A DNA stretch of 64,000 bases from Octopus vulgaris (Eukaryota), in the NCBI GenBank assembly GCA_951406725.2, contig OX597815.1, positions 118,482,001 through 118,546,000 of the forward strand. Reading direction: 5' to 3'. The stretch's first letter is position 1, and each line of letters opens with the position of its first letter. The notes below the pieces were generated by a model. It was not told the origin of the DNA. It ran no database searches and was given only the letters and a program-made list of their open reading frames with translations. Both the position numbers and the translations under genes were made by a program. This document shows, piece by piece, positions 1 through 13,130 of this stretch.

Positions 1-1047
1 ATTTAGATATTCACTCACTTCCATCGCTAAGGGTGAAATTTTAATTAATTACTACATCAAGATTAATTTTCTCATTTAAGCACAAGATCAGCAGTTTTGA
101 TTTCAAGATTTTAGTCGATGTCATCGACCCTAGTGTTTGACTGGTACAATGTTTTATCAACCTTGAATGGCTAAAAGGCAAAACTGACTTAGACAGGATT
201 TGAACTCAGGTAGTAAAGGGCCGGAAAAAATAGTGCAAAGCATGTTCCCTGACGATCTAACAATTCTATCATTTCACCACACTTTACATCAATAAATGAT
301 GGTATTCACATTACTATTATGATTCAATACGATTCATTTAACAAGCCATTCATTGTTCAGTCACCAAAAAGCCTATATCTGTAGTCGTTCTACGCTCTGT
401 TTGTCACAATTAGACTATGCTGAACTAATGAGTTCTAATGCGACCTGAACACATAAGCAGACTTATCATTCCCGCTGATAAAGATCAGGTTCGCCGCCCA
501 ATGCACTGTATATTAATTCATTAAAATATCAAGAACATCTTCTTTGTTTTTGTTTTGCTTGTTTATCTTTTGGTTGTTTGCAAGAATTAGTCGTGTTCTC
601 GTCACAAAAAGTGTGATGTGAATTCATCGAAATTTCTTACCTCATCACATAAAGTATAGTAGTTCATGAACTGGAAAATAACAATGCAAGGTATATGAAA
701 ATGAGAAGAGGAAGAAGGAGGAGGAGGAGGACAACGACGCCGACGAAGAGGAGGAAGGATAAGAATGAGGAGGAAAAGAAGAGGAAGAAGTAAACGAATT
801 AGAAGGAGGTAGATGGTGGTGAGGGAAGTGGGGGAAAACAAAGAAAAAGCAACAGCAGTCAAAGAATAATAATAATAATAAGAAGAAGAAGAAGAAGAAG
901 AAAAAAAAATGGAGTTATAGGAGAGGAGGTTGGAGAGAGTGAAGCACGAGGAGAAAAAACAAAAGAGCAGGAGGAGGGAGAAAAGTTGATGATGATGATG
1001 ATAACGACGACGATGACAATGGTGATGATAATGAGTGTGTGTGTGTT

Positions 1048-1078
<31 letters not shown>

Positions 1079-1437
1079 AGTGAGAAAGAATGGAATAATG
1101 CCACCTTTGACAAATGAAAGAAGAAAAAGATACTGTTGTCAAGAAAAGATTCAATGAACACGAAGATATGCTAAGATAAATGCTAAGATATATATCATAC
1201 GAAGAAATAGAAAGAGCAGACGACATATCGTGTGACGAAGATACAAAGAAAAATGGTTATTGTATTTGTCGGGTATTTGTGTTTTTAGGTTAATGTAATT
1301 TTTATAATTCAATTTTGACTTTATTTATTTAAGATATTGAAGAAAAATTTGGGGATAACAGAGAAAAGGTAATGTTGGGCCTTAAGAGATACCTGAAGTT
1401 CTCTCTCTCTCTCTTTTTCTGTCTGTCTATCTGTCTG

Positions 1438-1472
<35 letters not shown>

Positions 1473-1850
1473 CACACACACATACACACACGCATACACA
1501 CACAAGCATACATTCTGCAAGCTAAGTCTGTAAGAGAAACTCGTTGGAGATTTTCATCATAGATCTTAAGGCGACTGACAACGTAATATTCAATGTCTGC
1601 ATATATCCATTCTGGGATGGCATCGTGGTGAAACCATCTTGGCGCGGAAATTATCGAATCCACATATCAGTATTAGATGAATATAAAAAGACGTAAAAAT
1701 TTCGATAGTTTGTTATTTTCTTTTTCTTCTTTGTTTTTATTTTATTTGTCTATTTATTTCTGCAAACAACATGATCCTTGAGAAAAAATATTTTGGATGT
1801 AATATTACTATAGAACACTGGAATAAATCTATAAATATATTCTTCTTCTT

Positions 1851-1945
<95 letters not shown>

Positions 1946-2150
1946 GACAGCGAGATGGCTGAATCGTTAGCACGCTGGACTGAATGCTTAGCGGTATTTC
2001 GCCCGTCACTACGCTCTGAGTTGAGATTCCACCGAAGTTGACTTTACCTTTCATCCTTTCGGGGTCGATAAATTAAGTACCAGTGATACACTGGAATCGA
2101 TATAATCGACTAGTCCCCTTCCCATAAATTTCAGGCCTTGTGCCTCTAGT
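1946..2150 (+). mobile_element. tRNA-derived SINE, family A (Meta-domain-like core)
   Basis: Head GCGAGATGGCTGAATCGTTAG...GAGTTGAGATTCC, then the core TTACCTTTCATCCTTTCGGGGTCGATAAATTAAGTACCAG; many copies in the window. Confidence 0.8.
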
Positions 2151-2249
2151 CGATGTAATTGCTTTATCCCCTTCTCCCAAGATGGCTGCCCTTGTGGCAT
2201 AATTTGAAAACTTTATTATTATTAATATAATAATAATTATTATTTATTG

Positions 2250-2455
2250 TCTTTGCACAGCTTCTAACGCTGGAGATGTGCTTTGGTGTCAGCTGTTCAC
2301 TACCAGTGAACTAAGGTAACACCCCTTATTTTTCGAGCACCATTCGAAATATTCGAGCAGTGCTGTTTTGTGCAAGTGCTCCACCCTTATTGCAGCCCTT
2401 ATTTGTTCCATGATTATTATTACCATTATTATTGCAACCCCTATTTGTTCCATAA
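2250..2455 (-). mobile_element. 3' end of an RLE-type (R4/Dong/NeSL-like) non-LTR retrotransposon
   Basis: Frameshifted minus-strand translation AIRVEHLHKTALL/TARIFRMVLEK resembles the C-terminal lQKtaLLgTarILRkvL motif; embedded in (AAT)n. Confidence 0.6.
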
Positions 2456-2457
2456 GG

Positions 2458-2460
2458 ATG

Positions 2461-2555
<95 letters not shown>

Positions 2556-2610
2556 TATTATTATTATTATCATTATTATTATTATTATTATTATAATTAT
2601 TATTATTATA

Positions 2611-2647
<37 letters not shown>
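2458..2647. repeat. (AAT)n switching to (TAT)n microsatellite, self-complementary
   Basis: Seen directly in the sequence. Confidence 0.95.
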
Positions 2648-2649
<2 letters not shown>

Positions 2650-3150
2650 TGGTGTATGGGATGTTTTGACATTGGGCAGAACATGTGAATTATCATAGAT
2701 AAGGAGACTTATTTTGGAGTTTACAGTCACATTTGAAGGTATAAATAATAATGCAATGCTCAAAGCTTGATTCTGTTTTCTCTGTATTTCAGCTGACATA
2801 CTCATGGTTACCTAGCTTTTGGTATTCATGGATAACATTTATTAAAAAAATGAAGTCTTGTAGTGAAATTTGCAGGTTTTCAATTCTAGCCTTATTTCTA
2901 AGTTGCTGAGAATGAATTCGAGTAAATGTAGCAACAATTTAACTTAACTGAATCCTAGAAACTTAGAATGCAGTTTAGTTCTTATCATATAGCTTGTGAG
3001 ACGTAATATACCACGAACCCACGAACTCAACTTTGAATAAATTTATTCCACGTTAACAAACTTAATTGACAAATGCCTTCGTTTTGCAACATATTACTCT
3101 GTCTTGATGCTAACATGATATTAAAATATTAATATGTATATTTATGCATT

Positions 3151-3253
<103 letters not shown>

Positions 3254-3327
3254 AAACAGTTTGATTCAAATTCGTTGATACTCCTGAGTTTCAAGCGTGA
3301 TTCTAGTCGTCAGCCATTTTGAATTTG

Positions 3328-3378
<51 letters not shown>

Positions 3379-3837
3379 ACACACGCACACATATATATAT
3401 ATATAAAATATATATCAAATAAAACAACTTGGGCAGTACACAAGATGCATAGGATTAAATTTCTCCCTCCTCCTTCAATTATTAACCTGTATTTTCCTTC
3501 TCTTTATACAATTATCTTTTCATTGTGTGTATTTGTGTGTATGTGTGTGTGTAGTGTGTGCGTGCGCGTGTATATGTGGAAGGAGCCTGTGTGTGTCTGT
3601 GCGCAAGTTTACAGCACAACAAAAAAGAATAACTTCTTCACGACACTAAGCTGGCCTGGTTAGATGCGAGTGGTAAAGAACCGGTTGATCAACTCTCAAA
3701 TACCTGCAATATAATAGGCGTATTGATATGTAATAGTCAAGATTGAAATATGTGGAAATATATTTCGGTAATGAACAACTTATGTTCAAAAATATTAACA
3801 ACTCGATGCAACATAACTAACTTTAGTCACTAAATAG

Positions 3838-4338
3838 ATAGAAATCCCCATTGGTCTTGAATGACCGTGGGATTGCACCTAGAAAGTTCCCCTCCGAGGC
3901 ACAAGTCCGGGCAAGGTTGTTTATGGAAGACCAGTAGTCGCCCACGCATACCAGCCTCCCCTCTCCACTCCACCGATGTTATCGAAGGGAAAGGCAAAGG
4001 CCGATACAGTTTGGCACCAGTGACGTCGCAACTCATTTATTAACGTGCAAGTGGCTGAGCACTCCACAGACACGTGTACCCTTAACGTAGTTCTCGGGGA
4101 GATTCAGCGTGACACAGAGTGTGACATGGCTGGCCCTTTGAAATACAGGTACAATAGAAACAGGAAGAAAGAGTGAAAGAAAGTTGTGGTACAGCAGGGT
4201 TCACCACCACCCCCTGCCGGAGCCTCGTGGAGCTCTAGGTATTTTCGTTCAATAAACACTCACAATGCCCGGTCTGGGAATCGAAACCACGATCCTACGA
4301 CCGCGAGTCCACTGCCCTAACCACTGGGCCATTGCGCC
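3838..4338 (-). mobile_element. tRNA-derived SINE, family C, with an alternative 3' tail
   Basis: Minus-strand head GGCGCAATGGCCCAGTGGTTAGGGCAGTGGACTCGCGG...GTTTCGATTCCC; body matches 49670-50045 up to GCACGTTAAT, then a different tail. Confidence 0.8.
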
Positions 4339-4399
4339 TTTACAGCCACTAAATAACATCAATAATTATATTGGTTTCAATCATGTAATTTTGGAGGAG

Positions 4400-4785
4400 G
4401 GAGTATGTCGATTACATCAACCGCAGTACTCAACTGGTACTTATTTCATCAACCCCACAAAGGATGAAAGGCGAAGATGACTTCGGCGGAATTTGAACTC
4501 AGAACATAGGGACGGACGAAATGTCGCTAAGCATTTTCCCCGGTGTGCTAACGATTCTGGCAGCTTGCCACCTTAACATTCTTTCTACTAAAGGCACAAG
4601 GTTTGACATTTGAGGGGAGAGGACTAGTGGATAAATTACGTACCGCTGGTACTTAATTTGTCGACCCCGAAAGGATGAAAAGCAAAGTCGACTGAAATAG
4701 AATTTGAACTTAGAACATAAAGACGGACAAAATGCCTCTAAGCATTTTGCCTGATGTGCTCACGATTGTGCCAGCTCGCCGCCTT
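4400..4785 (-). mobile_element. two degenerate family A SINE copies
   Basis: Reverse complement of the core (GTACTTAATTTGTCGACCCCGAAAGGATGAAA) and head (CCAGCTCGCCGCC). Confidence 0.75.
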
Positions 4786-5519
4786 AACATCAATGATTAT
4801 ATTAATACATGTTTCTGTGTGCATTTTCGGCAGTGTCACTTTCGGTTTAGGCATGCATGAATTCATTCATACATATATGCATTTGGATCGGATTGGATAG
4901 CCCATGTTCAGTCCACTTCATGACGAATGTTCTCTCTACCAAACCAGGGTCTGATATGGAGGCTGTGAATTTGAGCTTGAAATTACTGTTTTGATGAGCC
5001 TATTCTGCCACACTGGCTCGACATGGATTGGCAAAGGGCTGCAGTTTTTATACTCTTACCCAGGAATAGTTAAATACATACATACATACATACATGCATA
5101 TGTATTTTTTTCCACTTAACGTATTGCACAAAATTATTACTATATATGGAATCCTGTATTATGTCGTAAATCAGTCTTTAAAATAGTGTGTTAGTGATAG
5201 AAAGTAGTTAAAAAACAATTACAATGGAGATAAACGTTGATAAATGAATAAAAAAGTGACTATATTACGCACGTGCGCGCGCACACACACATACACACAC
5301 ACACACTCTAACCCACTCACACATACATACACTTATATATCTCATATTTTGCAGAGAATCATATTCTGTGTTCATCAAGATGATAACCTTTACTCTTAGA
5401 TATCATTGAACTTTAACTTCGTCTTATACAATACACATCGGATTAAAAATTCAAAAGCTAGATTAAGTATTTTTAACATTTTCACAACGATACAAATACT
5501 AAGTGGATGAGTTTCTTAC

Positions 5520-5582
5520 CTGGGATTTGTTGTGTCGTTCCTGGAGAGACGAGAGACACGGTAAACGCCGGTAGGATTTGAT
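5520..5582 (-). CDS. candidate 63-nt internal coding exon, phase 1-1 (DQILPAFTVSLVSPGTTQQIP)
   Basis: Minus strand tgtttctttaag|ATCAAATCC...AATCCCAG|gtaaga; GC-richer than flanks; length a multiple of 3; no stop codons. Confidence 0.45.
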
Positions 5583-7624
5583 CTTAAAGAAACATAACTA
5601 AATACAATAAGATAATTATTGAGTCCAAAGCTCGTACATTCATAACACCTTATCGGTTGTGTGCGATCTTTACCTTGTTTAGTCTTAAGCCAGCACAGAC
5701 TGAGAAGATAAATGAACAAATGCATTCCAGTCGTAAATGTCCATCAATTTTCAGACCAAATATATCTGGAACTATATTATCCTATGTACCATTCTTTCTT
5801 AAAACAAACTGGTATCTTTAGCAGGTTGCGATGAAGCTAATTACTGTAAGTAACGAAATGTTCGTTGGAGAGTAAATCCATATGTGCCTGCATATATAAC
5901 TGGGGAACTACACTTCAATTTATTTTGTTTCCCAAACAAATAAGATTTAAGAAGAAAATCATGACCGTTATCATTAATACTGTAGAACAATTTTTCCAAC
6001 TTTAGGGTTATAACTACATTATGGCTGGCAAGACATTGTACGACACTGGAGTCAACATTGATCGATTTGCAAGAAAATAAATATTATTTCTTCAGGAGAA
6101 AGAACGCGCTAATGGTTTTCGTTGGCCCTCCGAGCTTGATTAAACTAATGCAGTTGATGCTCAAATTGAACGTCTGTAAGTCGGTGACTATAAGTCAGTT
6201 GTAAGCATGTTCCGAGAAATTGTCCTCATTGAGTATGAGACACTTTGAAACACACCTGAAAAGACTGGATTAGGACCCTTTAACGACAGGAAGACAGAAA
6301 AGTTCAATGACGATAGAGGAGATCGCTGTGATATACTGCTTGAAAGCAAAGGAAGAAACATTATCAGGGCCCGTAATCTTATTGGTTCAAATCAACAGAA
6401 TCTGTTTAAATATTTAGTGTGTTCGTGTACCGAGCATTGATGAGAAGAAAAGTTTTTGTGCACTTTAGACGAGTCTGTGCATGACCATGTACTTAATAAG
6501 TTCATCATATAGTTTCGAATTTAATTGAATGTGTGGTACTTTGGTGAAGTGTCTTCTAAAAGAGTTTCGGGCGGACCCAAGTCTTGCAGGTGAAATAGAG
6601 TAGATGGAGATGAGTGGGAACACCTCGTATGATCTATCTATATATATATATATATATATATATAAGAGAAAACGAAAGGGTTGAAGTGTATGCTGAATGT
6701 GGAATCTAGCTCCGAAGCACAGCGTTTGAGGCTAGTGGAAGGATCATAGCAAGGATCGTTCTCCTTAAGTTTGTGCAACCAGCGAATTTGTCACATTTTG
6801 ATGATTGCGTGGAAGTGGTTGTGAAATATATTGAATCAAGAAGAAGTGTTCAAGAACGAGTTTATTAAATAAACATTGAACGAAAAGTGGACGGCGAGGA
6901 CTGTGACTTAATTTATAGGAAAAGAATTTAGAGAAACTTATTACTAGATTAGTGTACTAACTCTTTCGCTTTCTTCTAGCTTACTTTCAAACGTTGAGTG
7001 TTTGATTTCCACCTCTAGCTCTGACTACCACTTTGGCTTCATGTCATATGCGTTTCAGTTGTATCATAGCTTCAAGATCAAATATTCGAGGAGTGTTTCT
7101 GTGTTACATTCGTCCACACATCTATTGCGTCATCTCTGACTTCAATAAACTTGTTGCAAATATTTCTAGAGCCATTACTTTATAACAAAAAGCCGAAAAC
7201 TAATATCCACGAACAAAATGTTTTAGGTATGCTAACACTCCGTTCACTTCATTCTTTGTTTTGGCCGTTATTTATGCAATGCCAACGAATTCTGTCAGTG
7301 AGAAGCAACAGGTTTAATATCTTCAAATCTGTCAGACAACTTGGTGACTGACATGCCGTATAAGGAATTATGCAAACTTTAGTAATTTTCATCACGTACA
7401 GCTGAAATTTCACAAGTTGTAAACCATTTGCATTCTTTCAAAACATGTCATGACTTCCATTACGAACTTAGCTGCGTCATTTTCATGCAGATTAAACGTA
7501 AGGTAGCCACAGAGAAAAAAAATGGATTTCTATTGGACACAACTCAAATATTTTCGTTAGGGGCACTGCTGCTGTGTTGGTATCGTTGCAGCCGCTCAAA
7601 GAAATGGCATACTTTTTCAAGGTG

Positions 7625-8005
7625 TCTATCTTTTATCTTTTACTTGCTTCAGCCATTGGAATGCGATCATACTAGGGCTTTTAGTCGAACAAATCGAGGA
7701 TTTAATTTGAGGTCTGGTAATTATTTTATCAGTCTGTTTTGCCTAACGTCTAAGTTACGGGAACGTAAAGAAACCAGCGCCGGCTGTGAAGCGATAAGAG
7801 GATCAAACTGCAAACACAAACACATACACATACCCTGGCATATATGACTGGCTTCCGCACAGTTTCCGTCTGCTAAATCAACTCACAAAGCATTGGTCGG
7901 CCCGGAGCTATAGAAGAAGATATATATCCAAGGTGCAGCAAAGAAGAACTGAGCTTGAAACCACGTGCTTGCAAAGTGAACTTCTCAAAAAGAAGCCATG
8001 CCCGC
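7625..8005 (-). mobile_element. SINE family B (CORE-like), degenerate
   Basis: Reverse complement of the family B body (CAGTTTCCGTCTGCTAAATCAACTCACAAAGC) and tail. Confidence 0.7.
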
Positions 8006-8208
8006 GTAAACTGGACAATATCTTATCTTAATTTGTTGCTGCAAGTTACATACTTAAGAAATCAAATTTGTACGTCCTTTGAATTAACATCCCTTATGAG
8101 AAATGTTATTTTTTTCAGCGTAAGAGGAATCTGAGAAATATTTTGTAGACTTCCATTCCAGCAAAATATGTTGCATCACTAAGCATATTCTGAGAAAAGA
8201 TATATTAA

Positions 8209-8480
8209 GGCGGCGAGCTGGCAGAATCGTTTGCACGCCGGGCGAAATGCGTAGCCGTATTTCGTCTGCCGTTATGTTCTGAGTTCAAATTCCGCCGAGG
8301 TCGACTTTATCTTTCGTCCCTTCGGGGTCGATAAATTAAGTTCCAGTTAAGCACTGGAGTCGATGTAATCGACTTACTCCGTTTGTCTGTCCTTGTTTGT
8401 CCACTCTATGTGTAGCCCCTTGTGGGTAGTAAAGAATTAGGAAATAGGTATTTCATCTGCCGTTAGGTTCTGAGTTCAAT
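8209..8480 (+). mobile_element. family A SINE with partial internal tandem duplication
   Basis: GGCGGCGAGCTGGCAGAATCG...GAGTTCAAATTCC...core; re-entry at GGTATTTCATCTGCCGTT. Confidence 0.85.
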
Positions 8481-9247
8481 TCTTGACTCGGAGAGTAGAT
8501 AGTAAAGGCATTCCTCCCATCTCTTGGAAATTAAGATCCCTTCTTGATAGCAGTTCTAGCAGACATAAGAAGGTTGTTTAGATTGCAATTTCGATGTGAT
8601 GAATCACTTACCATATGTTCCCTTCCGCAACAAAAGAACAAAATCAACCATTCACATCAAAGCGTAACACCATTCAACTGTCTCTACTTCGAATCAAAAG
8701 TTAGCACTTTTTACAGATGAAAGACGTCTTTGAAGCTCTCTCAAGGGTAATATAGAATTTCTGGTAGCTATTGTTCCTTTCTCAATTTTTGCCATTTTTC
8801 ATTTGTTGGCCAAACATCAGATGAAGCTATTGTAAATTTTGAAGGTATCTGATTGCTGTAGGCATGACAATGAAGAGGGGAAAGAGGAGGAGGGAGAAAG
8901 AGAGTGCGGAAAATATATCTTTGTTGGGTACATTTGTGAGTATATTAGCTCCTTTTTTAGAGGATCACAGATAGAGGTTTTAAAAGAATTTCATCTAATT
9001 CTTCCAAAATAGAGGATCTTGGAGAGACTTCAGCAAGAAATGAAACTATATTTTGCATTAATTTAGTAAGAAACTAAGTCCTCTATCAATATTAATGGCA
9101 ATGAAAAATTTCCTTAATTCAGTAAAAATAAAAAAAAGGTGGAAGCCTACTGAAATAACACCAGCCAAGAGACATTACTGAGAAAATGTTTTGTATATTT
9201 TCTTAGATATAGCATACTGAACAGAGCCTATCGTAGACTAGGTTGTC

Positions 9248-9419
9248 TTTTTTTTTTATTTCATCTAGTTTCAGCTCACGAGCTGTGGCCATGCTGGGGC
9301 ACCGCCATTTGTAAATGTGTGACGCTTACAGCACCTAGGTTTCCCAAGCGGTCACCCATCTAAGTACTAACTAGGCTCGACGTTGCTTAACTTCGGTGAT
9401 CGGCTTTCAACGTGATATG
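9248..9419 (-). mobile_element. 5S rRNA-LINE-tail chimera (SINE3-like retroposon)
   Basis: Minus strand: 5S sequence, short linker, tail GGCGGTGCCCCAGCATGGCCACAGCTCGTGAGCTGAAAC, then an A-rich end. Confidence 0.7.
9324..9419 (-). pseudogene. 5S rRNA pseudogene (5'-truncated, internally deleted)
   Basis: Minus strand CATATCACGTTGAAAG/CCGATCACCGAAGTTAAGCAACGTCGAGCCTAGTTAGTACTTAGATGGGTGACCGCTTGGGAAACCTAGGTGCTGTAAGC matches invertebrate 5S; the CACCGGTTCTCGT-type segment is missing. Confidence 0.9.
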
Positions 9420-10756
9420 TCTTAAATATGATTAGATCAGCTTATTCATGAAAGTAACCAAAAAGTAATTTCTTTATGTTAATTGTAGCTGTAATAACCA
9501 CCTACATTCGATCGTATCATGCGGGGTATCTAAAATGTATGAAAAAGCCCTACCTGTTGGTGCTTACTACAAGTCTGTATTTTAATTAGGTAAGTAAAAT
9601 TTCTCTAGTTGTGATAACAGCGAACACAATTGTAAATCCAAGGAGTGACTAACTATTTATATATTATGTAAATCCAAGGAGTGACTCATTATATCACCCA
9701 CTTGTTTCACTAATCCACACTTAAGATTTGTTAACGCCTAATATCATTCTTCTTTCGTAGAAAATATTACATTTTTTAATGCAGCCAAATAGACATATCT
9801 TTTTAGAAATTGATAAAAGAAAATAAATTAAAACTCGAAATCATATGCATAATTTGATATTTTTTAAAAAGTAAATTTGAATATTATAACGCCTTACCGT
9901 GAAATCAACAAGTATGTACTTTCAGTGTACAGAAAAAAAAAGGGAGGACACCTCCCGAGTGATTGTTTCGCGATTTACTAGCGGCTCCTCAGAGAAGATG
10001 TTCCTATCTTCCTTCCAAAATCAATAGTATAGACCAGCTGCTTATAAATTAGGCTTGTGCCAAAACCAAATGCGCATATTTGTGCTTTTCGCTGTTATTA
10101 ATGCTTAATTCTAATTGTTATTTAACCCAGTGAGACTTAATAATGTCTAAATTTATTTCACTCTGCATTGTGCGTAAGATTTCTTTCTGTTTTTTCTTTT
10201 TATTTTGTGATTTAAACAATGAAAATTGTGGATGTTTTGAATCTCGCCTGTTTACATTGTAATTCTAGTGTGTCGACATATCTTTCTTCTTACTTTGAAA
10301 TGAAATAAAAATGAATTATTAAATGTAATGAATAAACTTAAAGCTTTTTACTTTTATTTCTAAGGATTATTTGCGTACAAAGCTTTTGGTCTCAAAAATA
10401 TGAAAATTAACATACTTGAAACCTTAAACAGGACAAAATTCAGACAACTTTCAATGTTCGTTTGATGTAAATTTGAATCGAGCTAATAGGGAACGAAACA
10501 ATGCCTTAAATCGGACGTCCTGTCCATAGCTATCATCACTCAGCCCTTCAAAAGATGAAATGATCTTTTCCTTTCACAGAAAAAAAAAAAAATCGACAGG
10601 TCTCCTCAAAAAGCGAAAAATGAACTGGATTGTAAAATGATACAATGATGACGGTGGAAGACGGTTTTCGTTTTGAAGAAGGAGGTTGTGAGACGTTTAC
10701 GGATTCTCTTATGGCCCAAACGGAACCTGGATCAATGTTCTGGTTGAACACCTCTT

Positions 10757-10812
10757 TTATTGGATTTGTTGATGGGTGATTTCCTCCAAGTATTTCAGGT
10801 AATATTTTTCAC
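10757..10812 (-). CDS. candidate terminal coding exon (GEKYYLKYLEEITHQQIQ*)
   Basis: Acceptor catttcaattgtacag|GT; phase-1 entry compatible with the 26912-27003 donor; followed by unique non-repetitive sequence. Confidence 0.25.
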
Positions 10813-11539
10813 CTGTACAATTGAAATGTAGCTGAGAGGGAATCACATGTGTATTTGGGGGGCGTAGCTTATAGTTGTGTTAGGTATTGAAGAGACATAT
10901 CGGTCACTCAGATACAAAGTTTAGCTTGAAAGCAAAGAATATTTGATGTCAAGCATAGAAGTGATGGGCTCTAATTACTTAATCTCAAAGTATTAGAGGT
11001 TTCGTGAGACAGGCGATGCCCTACAATTGAATTACGCGGATTAAAGTGTTTTCATTTAGCAGTGAACAGAGGTTCCAGTTGAGGAAGAAAAACTGATGAC
11101 AGCAGAGGTCAAGATGAGTTGTGTTCATTTGAATTGTGACATGCGCATTGACTGCATTGAAGTTGAATAAAACCCACATAGGTTGAAATTGTATCCTCCG
11201 TATCCTAGACTCGTATGTTTTTTGTTTTTTTCTGGGGATTATAACTACAAATTTATTGCAAGGTAAAATTTTCAATAAATTCTATTAATTCCTTTTTGTA
11301 TTCTGTACAGTATTTTGTAATTCTTTCTGTTTCTTTCTTTCTTTTTTTTTGTTTTTGCTTTTTTCATTTGGGCATTTGTGTCTATGTGTTCTCGTTACTC
11401 TTTTTAACAGATCGAGCGACTGCGTTGAGGTTTCTTCGTTGATTCATTGATTCTACCGAACTTAGGAATTGTAATAGGCTGTCAAGACTCTGTGAAAAAT
11501 TAATAAAGGAAACGATAACGAAAGATTCGGCTATTAGTA

Positions 11540-11905
11540 TAGGGAACTCGCTTTACAGCCACGTGGTTTCGAGGTTAGTCCAGCTGCATGGCATCTTGTG
11601 CAAGTGTCTTCTATTATAACCACGGGTTGGTCGATGACTTGTGAATGAATTTAGCAGACGGAAACTGTGTGGAAGCCCACCATACGTATATACATTGAGC
11701 GTCGTTATGTTTGTCCCTCATCACCGATTGACAACCGGTGTTGGCTTATTTACGTCCTCGTACGCTAGCAAAAGAGACCGATAGAAGAAGTACCAGACTT
11801 AATTTTTTAAAAAGCATTAAATACTGGGGTGATTCAACTAAATTCTTTAAGGCAGTGCCCCAGCATGGTCGCAGTCCATTGACTGAAACAAGCCATGATA
11901 AAAGA
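11540..11905 (+). mobile_element. SINE family B (CORE-like)
   Basis: CATCTTGTGCAAGTGTCTTCTATTATA...GACGGAAACTG...tail GGCAGTGCCCCAGCATGGTCGCAGTCCATTGACTGAAAC. Confidence 0.8.
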
Positions 11906-11940
11906 AAACAATTGGCTGACTTCATTCGAAGAACATTGTA

Positions 11941-13130
11941 CGAGGTGGTATCAAAAAGTTCCAGGATTTGTTATATTTAATAAAAAAATAACTTTTTTAT
12001 CTAAGTTTTAACATCATCTTCCTTGCGCAGCAGTACACTGGCCCCAGCGTCCCTACCATTTTTGAAATCCGGCCTGGAAGTCGTTTTCCGTAAGAGAGTC
12101 GAGGACCTTCTGCGATTCGCTCTGGATCTTGACAACGGTTTTCTGCCTTTTCATCTTGGAGAAGAGATGGGAGTCCTCATGTGCTAAATCTGGCGAATAG
12201 GGCAAGTGCGGAAATGAAACCATGCTATTTTTTGGCGAGAAACCCGAGTGAGGAGAGCTTGGTGACAGGGTGTATTGTCCTCGTGAAGAATCTAATTCTT
12301 CTCTCTCTACACATCCGGTCGTTTGCGACGAATGCCCTCCTACAAACGCTTCAAAAAGTCGCAGTATAACTCTCGATTGACAGTCTGACCCTGGGGTGGG
12401 GGCGCAAATTCTCGATGCACAATATTACATTTCCGAAGGTGATGCCCATGGTATGTCTTCCTGATCGTTCCTTGTCTTCGAGGGATGTTCCTTCGCTTTT
12501 GAAGTGCCATGTCACTCGACACATTGCGTAAGACTGTCGAAGCATGCTCAATGTCTCTGTAGCAGAGACCTCGTACAGTGTTCTTCGAAGGAAGTCAGCC
12601 AATTGTTTTCTTTTATCATGGCTTGTTTCAGTCAATGGACTGCGACCATGCTGGGGCACTACCATAAAGAATTTAGTTGAATCACCCCAGTATTTAATGC
12701 TTTTTAAAAAATTAAGTCTGGTACTTATTCTATCGGTCTCTTTTGCTAGCGTACGAGGACGTAAATAAGCCAACACCGGTTGTCAATCGGTTATGAGGGA
12801 CACACATAACGACGCTCATGTATATACGTATGGCGGGCTTCCATACAGTTTCCGTCTACTAAATTCATTTACAAGTCATCGACCGACCCGTGGTTATAAT
12901 AGGTCTTTCACAAGATGGGCTCTTTGTTGCTGTCCACGAAAAAATTACAGTTTATTGCGTACACGTAATCACGAAAACGTAAATTTCATCACTTGCGAAG
13001 TAAACTCAGTGATGTCACTCGGCACACTGCCTCATGAAGGTCACTGCTAGTACTCACTGCGCATGCGACCGCGTGCTGCCATCTGTTGGCGCACTACAGA
13101 ACTAGTCCGGGAACTTTTAACACCACTTCG
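11941..13130 (-). mobile_element. deleted mariner element carrying an inverted copy of its own flank
   Basis: TA|CGAGGTGGTATCAAAAAGTTCC ... GGAACTTTTAACACCACTTCG|TA TIRs with TA TSD; minus-strand transposase scraps SATETLSMLRQSY, FKSEGTSLEDKERSGR, IVHREFAPPPQGQTVNRELYCDFLKRL. Confidence 0.85.

Noticed and set aside
11738-12776. Two near-identical ORFs (MLAYLRPRTLAKETDR...) suggesting paralogous genes
   Set aside because: They are translations of SINE sequence in the inverted duplication.
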